Shown here: in pieces, positions 6,690 to 11,952 of the stretch
Layout: each line of letters begins with the position of its first letter
Position numbering within the stretch: position 1 is the first letter of the stretch
The notes under the pieces: model-generated
Told to the model about the DNA's origin: nothing
The model's input: the letters and a program-made list of their open reading frames with translations, nothing else
Databases searched by the model: none
NCBI GenBank assembly: GCA_964244895.1
Contig: CAXTKV010000010.1
Location: 1 to 11,952 of the forward strand
Reading direction: 5' to 3'
DNA from: an uncultured Deinococcales bacterium
Lineage (GTDB): Bacteria; Deinococcota; Deinococci; Deinococcales; JAAFIG01
Length of the DNA: 11,952 bases
Made by a program: the position numbers and the translations under genes

Positions 6690-6692
6690 CTC

Positions 6693-7799
6693 TTACAACG
6701 TCTCGAGCGGGTCGACACCCTGAATACCGAACGTCTCCGCGACCGCCTGGTACGTCAACTGGCCGTGGCGCGTGTTCAAGCCTTTCAGCAATGCCTTATC
6801 GGTTTTCAACGCGTCCAACCCCTGCCCGGCGAGCTTGATCGCGTAACCGATGGTCTGGTTGGTCAGCGCGAAGGTGCTGGTGCGCGGTACGGCTCCGGGC
6901 ATGTTGGCCACGCCGTAATGCACCACGCCGTCGATCACGTAGGTCGGGTCGTCGTGGGTGGTGGGTTTGATGGTCTCGACGCAACCGCCCTGATCAACGG
7001 CCACGTCCACGATCACGCTGCCTTCGGGCATGGTGTGCAGCATGTCCTTGGTGATCAGGTGCGGTGCCCTGGCGCCCGGAATCAGCACGCCGCCGACGAC
7101 CAGGTCGGCCAGTTGGATGATCTCGCGGATGTTGGCTTCGTTCGAGGCCATCGTCTGGACGCGCCCGCCGAAGATGTCGTCCAGGTATTGCAGGCGTCGG
7201 TGCGAGACATCCAGGATGATGACCCGAGCGCCCATGCCGACGGCCATTTTTGCCGCGTTCGTGCCGACCACGCCGCCGCCGATGATCACGACCCGTCCCG
7301 GAATCACGCCGGGCACGCCGCCCAGGAGCGTGCCGCGCCCGCCGTTGGGTTTGAGGAGGCAGTCCGCCCCGACCTGCGGCGCGAGCCTTCCGGCGACCTC
7401 GGACATGGGCGTCAGCAATGGAAGCGAGCCATCCTCGAGCTGCACGGTTTCGTAGGCGATGGCGGTCGTGCCGGATGCCAGAAGCGCGTCCGTCAGGGGT
7501 TTTTCTGCGGCCAGGTGCAGGTACGTGAACAACAGCAGATCCTTGCGCAGATACTGGTATTCGGAATGGATCGGTTCCTTGACCTTGACGACCATCTCTG
7601 CGGCCCAGGCGTCGGCAGCATCGGGCACGATTCTCGCGCCCGCCCGCTCGTACTCGGCGTCCGTGATGCCGCTGCCCACGCCTGCGCCCGCCTGCACCAG
7701 CACCGTGTGCCCGCGCTTGACCAGCGTGGCCGCGCCACCGGGCGTCATCGAGACGCGGTTTTCCTTGACTTTGACTTCTTTTGGAACGCCGACAATCAT
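6693..7799 (-). CDS. ald: Alanine dehydrogenase
   Basis: ATG 7799 with SD AGGAGG; 368 aa. Motifs [36 protein letters not shown], Rossmann [21 protein letters not shown] and [12 protein letters not shown]. Confidence 0.97.
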   Translation of the reverse strand: MIVGVPKEVKVKENRVSMTPGGAATLVKRGHTVLVQAGAGVGSGITDAEYERAGARIVPDAADAWAAEMVVKVKEPIHSEYQYLRKDLLLFTYLHLAAEKPLTDALLASGTTAIAYETVQLEDGSLPLLTPMSEVAGRLAPQVGADCLLKPNGGRGTLLGGVPGVIPGRVVIIGGGVVGTNAAKMAVGMGARVIILDVSHRRLQYLDDIFGGRVQTMASNEANIREIIQLADLVVGGVLIPGARAPHLITKDMLHTMPEGSVIVDVAVDQGGCVETIKPTTHDDPTYVIDGVVHYGVANMPGAVPRTSTFALTNQTIGYAIKLAGQGLDALKTDKALLKGLNTRHGQLTYQAVAETFGIQGVDPLETL

Positions 7800-7932
7800 G
7801 GTTCCTCCTGGTGGTCTGGGGATAATGCGTTCTGGACAGTTTACGGGACGCCAGCGATTGCGAAACCCATGTTCTGGTCTCGAGTTTAGAGCCACGGCTC
7901 GCTCGAGAAATACGTTTTTCCTACCCGACCCG

Positions 7933-7992
7933 AGAAGACCGTCCCGGACGCAGAATTAAATTCCAAGAATCGTGCGTCCTGGACGGTGTTCT
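7933..7992. repeat. REP/REPIN-like palindromic element
   Basis: AGAAGACCGTCCCGGACGCA, 20-nt AT-rich loop, TGCGTCCTGGACGGTGTTCT (18/20 complementary). Located in the divergent ald/DUF1801 intergenic region. Confidence 0.9.
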
Positions 7993-8070
7993 TTGGACTG
8001 TAATACGGGAAAAACGGTGTCGCATGAAATATCCTGAAGCTCAAAATTGCCGCGCACCGTCGGGAGGGAC

Positions 8071-8445
8071 ATGAACAACGATCCGAAACCATTTGAAAAC
8101 GTGGACGAGTACATCGCTTCGTTCTCGCCGGAAATCCGATCCATCCTCCAGGCGATCCGGGCGACCATCAAGAAGGCCGCGCCGGACGCGGAGGAAACCA
8201 TCAGCTACCGGATGCCCGCCTTCAAGCTGAACGGCGCGCTGGTGTACTTCGCGGCCTTCAAGAAGCACATAGGCTTTTACCCGCCGATCCGGGGCGATGC
8301 GAAGCTCGAGCGGGCGCTGTCAGGCTACGCTGGCCCGAAAGGCAACCTGCAATTTCCGCTCGATCAACCGATCCCATACGCGCTGATCGAACGGGCCGTC
8401 AAGCTCAGGCTCGAGCAGAACCTGGCGAAAACCCGGAGCGCCTGA
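8071..8445 (+). CDS. DUF1801 (YdhG-like, putative iron chaperone) protein
   Basis: ATG 8071 with SD GGGAGG; 124 aa. Motif VDEYIASF...IRATIKKAAPDAEETISYRMPAF...LVYFAAFKKHIGFYP...KGNLQFPLDQPIPYALI. Confidence 0.9.
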   Translation: MNNDPKPFENVDEYIASFSPEIRSILQAIRATIKKAAPDAEETISYRMPAFKLNGALVYFAAFKKHIGFYPPIRGDAKLERALSGYAGPKGNLQFPLDQPIPYALIERAVKLRLEQNLAKTRSA

Positions 8446-8464
8446 GGGCACCTCGAGATGGAGC

Positions 8465-9334
8465 TCAACGCGGCGGCTTCTGCAGGCTCGCGCCCCTGAA
8501 GCAAGAAATCGTGTACGGGAAGGCGTAAGTGGCGTGGTAGTGGTACATCCGAATCGTCTTGCCGCGCCAGAGAATCTCGTGGGTGTGGCCGTGGCATTCG
8601 TCCAGGTCGGCGCTCGTCAGCACCCGAGCGCCCTCGCCGCGAACGCCGTACAGCCCGAACCCGTCCAGCGCGTACCCCATCAGGCTCGAGTGCCCGGCCC
8701 CGGTGTCGTTCAGGCACGGCGTCAGGCTGTGGTAATGGTACGCGCCCGTGACTTCGGGGTGTCCGTTGCAGGCGTCCTGCACTTCGTGCGCCACGGCGTC
8801 GCGCTCGGCGGCGTCCAGCGCGTCGAACACCACGGCGCCCGTCAACAGCACCGCGATCGGGCCGGGGCGAAGGCAAGAAGGCTGGCTCGCGACCGCCGGA
8901 TTGGCGGGCAGCGCGTAATGGAGGGCCTGGGGCGTGATTCGGTTGGGATTCCGGTCGTACTGGTAGGCGGGATCGTTCGGGGCGATCGGGAAGCTTCCGG
9001 TGGCGTGATCGGGCAAGCCGTTGCCCGTCAGGGTTTGCACACCGCCGCTCGAGGTCAGCTTCAGCGATGATGTCCAGGTTGCGCTGCCCTGAACGCTGAT
9101 CTTGGCGCTCAGGTTAAAAGTGCCGTCCGTTCTGATCCACGGGCCGTCCCTGAAGGCTCCGGGGCCAGGGCCACCCGACGAACCGCAGCGCATGACGTAA
9201 CCCACTCTGGGCACGGCGCTGACCTTTCCGTCTCCGACGGGTAATTTCGTCCGGTCGAGCGGGTTGGCCGCCAGCGCAACCGCCGCGCAGCAGAGCAGCA
9301 AGCCCGGCACGATCAATCGCTGATTGGCTTTCAT
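8465..9334 (-). CDS. Secreted YHYH-domain protein
   Basis: 289 aa with an N-terminal signal-peptide-like segment (…LLLCCAAVALA-A). Motifs NGLPDH, DACNGHP...AYHYH, GYALDGFGLYG, LDECHGH and MYHYHAT..FPY. Confidence 0.88.
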   Translation of the reverse strand: MKANQRLIVPGLLLCCAAVALAANPLDRTKLPVGDGKVSAVPRVGYVMRCGSSGGPGPGAFRDGPWIRTDGTFNLSAKISVQGSATWTSSLKLTSSGGVQTLTGNGLPDHATGSFPIAPNDPAYQYDRNPNRITPQALHYALPANPAVASQPSCLRPGPIAVLLTGAVVFDALDAAERDAVAHEVQDACNGHPEVTGAYHYHSLTPCLNDTGAGHSSLMGYALDGFGLYGVRGEGARVLTSADLDECHGHTHEILWRGKTIRMYHYHATYAFPYTISCFRGASLQKPPR

Positions 9335-9533
9335 GCTGACCCCCCGTGGATGCTCTATTCGGCGTCGTTCTGAGGATCACGCTACACGAGCGCGGCGCTC
9401 GGGGCGTGAAGGCGATCTGAGAGACCCTCGGCTCGAGAGGATCGTCTGGGACAGCTCCTTTGGCGCTCAGGCCGGAGTGTTCCGCAAGAATTTTGACTGC
9501 TGCGCCGACCGACCGGGCGGCTTTCGCGCGGCC

Positions 9534-10496
9534 TCACTGCCAGGCGCGCCGAACTTTCAGGCTCGAACCGTCCCCTTCCGCGATGGCGACGAGCTTCCCA
9601 TCGTGGGTCAGGGTCATCAACCCCGCGCGGCTCGAGGCGTGGCGTTTACCGTCGCGCACGTCCTTGGCTTGGCTGGCGTTCAATTCCAGAACGGGCAATT
9701 CCAGGGCGTCCAGATCTGGAATCGCGAGTTCCGGGCGGAGTTGCTCGAGCGATGTCGCGTTCTCGAGGTTGAACTTGCCGACGCGGGTGCGCACCAATCC
9801 GGCCAGGTGTGCGGGCACGCCCAATTTCAGGCCGATGTCTCGCGCCACAGAGCGGATGTACGTGCCGCTGCTGACGGACACGTTCAGCATCAGGGTCGGG
9901 AATTCACCCAGCGGTTCCGGGAATTTGAATATGTACCCGTTCGGTGACGCGCTCCAGCCCGTCCCATGTGAGAAATCTTGTCGGGTCGTCGGGCGGTACT
10001 CGAGCCTCAAAAAATCGTGCATGGTCGGCAGCGTCAGGTGGCGGCGCAAGGCGTGAATGGTGACCGCTCGGGGTTGAAGCGTCACCTCCTGACCGGATCG
10101 GGCGAGGTCATAGGCGCGCTGTCCGTTGACGTGAATCGCGCTGTAGGCGGGCGGCATCTGCATCTGCGGGCCGAGGAAGGACTCGAGGATGCGTCTCAAA
10201 CGCTCAGGCTCGAGCACAGCGTCTGGCACGCTGGCCGTCTCGAGGATCGGGCCTTCGGCGTCGAGCGTCGGCGTGCTCGCGCCCAGGCTGACGAACGCCA
10301 GGTAATCCTTGGAATCCTTCTCCAGAAACTGCACCAGCTTGGTGGATTCATCGGTGGCAATCACCAGCGCGCCCGTGGCCAGCGGGTCGAGCGTACCCGT
10401 GTGCCCGACGCGCCGCGTGCCAAGGATGCGCCTGGCCCTGGCCACCACGTCGAAGCTCGTCAGGCCGAGCGGTTTATCCACCACGAAAATCCCCAT
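9534..10496 (-). CDS. truB: tRNA pseudouridine(55) synthase TruB
   Basis: ATG 10496; 320 aa. Motifs VVDKPLGLTSFDVV, VGHTGTLDPLATG (catalytic Asp), QMPPAYSAIHVNGQRAYDLARSG and SGTYIRSVARDIG. The ORF-track extension to 10736 simply runs through repeats. Confidence 0.97.
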   Translation of the reverse strand: MGIFVVDKPLGLTSFDVVARARRILGTRRVGHTGTLDPLATGALVIATDESTKLVQFLEKDSKDYLAFVSLGASTPTLDAEGPILETASVPDAVLEPERLRRILESFLGPQMQMPPAYSAIHVNGQRAYDLARSGQEVTLQPRAVTIHALRRHLTLPTMHDFLRLEYRPTTRQDFSHGTGWSASPNGYIFKFPEPLGEFPTLMLNVSVSSGTYIRSVARDIGLKLGVPAHLAGLVRTRVGKFNLENATSLEQLRPELAIPDLDALELPVLELNASQAKDVRDGKRHASSRAGLMTLTHDGKLVAIAEGDGSSLKVRRAWQ

Positions 10497-10503
10497 GATC
10501 TCG

Positions 10504-10509
10504 AGTCTA
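10504..10509 (-). promoter_or_regulatory. -10 box (TAGACT) of probable leaderless truB transcript
   Basis: TAGACT-7 nt-ATG(10496), with no SD. Overlaps a CTCGAG at 10500-10505. Confidence 0.6.
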
Positions 10510-10524
10510 CCCGAGCGAGACACG

Positions 10525-10586
10525 GAGAACACCGTCCAGCACGCTCTTTCTCGAGATTGAGAATTTGCGTGCTGGACGGTGCTCTC
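10525..10586. repeat. REP/REPIN-like palindromic element
   Basis: GAGAACACCGTCCAGCACGC, 22-nt loop containing CTCGAG, GCGTGCTGGACGGTGCTCTC (19/20 complementary). Confidence 0.9.
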
Positions 10587-10618
10587 AGCAACTCCCCGGC
10601 TCGCGCCGCGCCACTCGA

Positions 10619-10732
10619 GGGTAAAAGGAGCGAAGGGAAAAGGTGAAAGGAAACACCAGCGACGCCTCGCCGTAGCGTCCTTGACCTTCCACTTTTTCCT
10701 TTCACCTTCATTTCCCCTTTTCCCTTTCACCT
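10619..10732. repeat. Inverted heptamer-array hairpin, copy 2
   Basis: Purine array ...AAGGGAA AAGGTGA AAGGAAA (10633-10653). Pyrimidine array 10678-10732, whose reverse complement reads AGGTGA AAGGGAA AAGGGGA AATG AAGGTGA AAGGAAA AAGTGG AAGGTCA. Located about 25 nt 3' of the SPFH gene stop. Confidence 0.8.
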
Positions 10733-10757
10733 GCATTCCCGCACGTCTGGCCCCAAC

Positions 10758-11951
10758 TTAACGGATCGGTGCGGTCTCGTCCTTGCCCTCGAGCAACCCA
10801 GCTCTGGTCACGAGTTGCGTGGCGATCACGGCCTGAATCACCTGAGAAATCTGGCCGGTGGCTTGCGTGGCGGCCTCGCCAGTGCCGGAAATGTTGACCA
10901 GTTTGGCTTGCGCCAGCGCACCGGCGATCACGGGCGCGAGTTCGGGCAGCATCTCGATCTGGCGGTAGCGGAAGTAGCTCTCGCCGCCCTCGCGGATGGC
11001 TTCGTTGACCTTGCGGATGCTCTCGGCGTTGGCGTTCGCCACGGTCGTGATCTGGATGGCTTCGGCTTCGGCTTTGGCGCGGGACGCGATCTTGACGCGT
11101 TCGGCGTCGGCTTCAGCCTGCGCTATTTGGGTGGCTTTCAGCTCGCTGCCGCGCTGCGTGGCCAGCGCGTCCTGTTTGATGGCTTCGGCCTGCGCGACCA
11201 GCGCGGCGTTGGCGGCTTTCGTCTGCTCGAGTTCGCGGGTTTTGTCGTTGATGGCGCGTTCCGCCTCCAGTTGAGCTTCGCGGGCGCGGCGGGATTGCTG
11301 GGTGGAAACGATATCCGCGTTGGCCTGCGCTTCGGCTGCCGATTGGCGGCGGCGGGCTTCGGCGACCTCGGATTGCACGACCTTGATGTTCAACGAATTA
11401 AAGATCAATCCCAGATCGGTCAGTTCCTTGCTGCACGCCTTGCGGATGATGATCGCCAGGGGATCGTCGTCGTCCTCGACGGGCACACCCGAGCGGGCAC
11501 GGCCCACGTTTTCTTTCGGGTTGGTGTCCTCCAAGAGTTCCGGGATCGGCGCTTTGGCGGTCTTGGCGCTAAACAGCTGATCGTGCGTCAACAGGTTGAC
11601 CGCGCGGCGTCCGGCGCTCGAGAGCAGGTCAGAGAGCGTGCTCAGTTGCTCCGGGTCTGGCTTCGAGAAGAACCGGTTGGCGGCGGTCTTGATCAGCACG
11701 TCCGTGTCACCGACGCTAACGATGGCGCTCGCCAGGACGCGCACCTTGATCGGGCGCGGCACGCCGCTGGAATCGATGTCGGCGGTCTGATCAGTGATGT
11801 CCAGATCCACGTTGATGGCCTTGCTGGACAATGTCGTGCCGGTCGTGAACAGCGGCACTTCCTGGCTCTTGCCGGGGCCACGGTAGATCCGGGTGGAACC
11901 GCCCAGCCACGACACCATGCGGATCGTACCGGCCTCGACGTTTTTCAAGAA
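10758..11951 (-). CDS. SPFH domain / flotillin-like protein (5' end outside window)
   Basis: The frame is open to the window edge. N-terminal SPFH-like region (V.V.ASAIVSVG...IKTAANRFF...ELTDLGLIFNSLNIK), a long Ala/Glu coiled coil (AQAEA..AKAEAEAI), and a flotillin-like C-terminus (IEMLPELAPVIAGALAQAKLVNI). Confidence 0.8.
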   Translation of the reverse strand, partial: FLKNVEAGTIRMVSWLGGSTRIYRGPGKSQEVPLFTTGTTLSSKAINVDLDITDQTADIDSSGVPRPIKVRVLASAIVSVGDTDVLIKTAANRFFSKPDPEQLSTLSDLLSSAGRRAVNLLTHDQLFSAKTAKAPIPELLEDTNPKENVGRARSGVPVEDDDDPLAIIIRKACSKELTDLGLIFNSLNIKVVQSEVAEARRRQSAAEAQANADIVSTQQSRRAREAQLEAERAINDKTRELEQTKAANAALVAQAEAIKQDALATQRGSELKATQIAQAEADAERVKIASRAKAEAEAIQITTVANANAESIRKVNEAIREGGESYFRYRQIEMLPELAPVIAGALAQAKLVNISGTGEAATQATGQISQVIQAVIATQLVTRAGLLEGKDETAPIR

Positions 11952-11952
11952 A

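Larger units (their letters stand above)
129..11622. repeat. Highly iterated palindrome CTCGAG, dispersed through the window
   Basis: About 58 occurrences by hand count (first 129-134, last 11617-11622), in coding and intergenic DNA. Control GAGCTC was seen about 4 times. Confidence 0.85.

Noticed and set aside
9370..9421. CTCAG-N6-TTCAC and a second CTCAG upstream of the YHYH gene as a possible response-regulator box
   Set aside because: Too short and degenerate to distinguish from chance without orthologous sequences.
9410..9475. Glycine-riboswitch-like words (TGAGAGACC...CTCAGG) in the YHYH-truB spacer
   Set aside because: The conserved GCCGAAG core is missing, and the words are on the strand opposite to both flanking genes.
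1291..10586. CRISPR array or integron attC cassette interpretation of the palindromic repeats
   Set aside because: Copies are hundreds to thousands of bp apart with no regular spacers. They lie next to housekeeping genes (hup, truB, ald) and inside a CDS, lack consistent attC RYYYAAC/GTTRRRY ends, and no cas or integrase gene is present.
10497..10736. N-terminal extensions in the ORF track for TruB (to 10736), HU (to 5839), Ald (to 7895), VOC (to 4474), DinB (to 3995) and DUF2262 (to 6212)
   Set aside because: The family-conserved N-termini, together with SD or -10 signals, sit at the downstream starts used here. The extensions cross repeats or neighbouring genes.

Overview
High-GC bacterial chromosomal window, most likely Deinococcota. 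This is inferred from the Deinococcus/Thermus-type HU arm sequence RTGVKPGT, the TruB internal insertion, and TANNNT -10 boxes directly in front of start codons. About 18 genes are present, mostly on the minus strand. Housekeeping genes are truB, ald and an HU. Others encode a 5'-truncated SPFH/flotillin-like protein, a secreted YHYH protein, a 2H-phosphoesterase, a cupin, two tandem DUF2262-like paralogs and a DUF1801 protein. There is also a 7-gene putative detoxification operon (2 VOC, 3 DinB-like, DUF1801, DUF2200) behind a good sigma70-type promoter. I see no integrase, transposase, CRISPR array or RNA gene. The unusual signals are three overlapping repeat systems in the DNA itself. (1) A dispersed REP/REPIN-like palindromic element, arm consensus (G)AACACCGTCCWGSACGC, with 6 full copies plus degenerate ones; one copy is translated in-frame inside a protein. 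(2) The 6-bp palindrome CTCGAG, about 58 copies by hand count versus about 4 for the same-composition control GAGCTC, reminiscent of cyanobacterial HIP1. (3) Two long hairpins built from inverted arrays of purine-rich heptamers (AAGGTGA/AAGGGAA-like). All counts and family calls were made by eye, with no database search.
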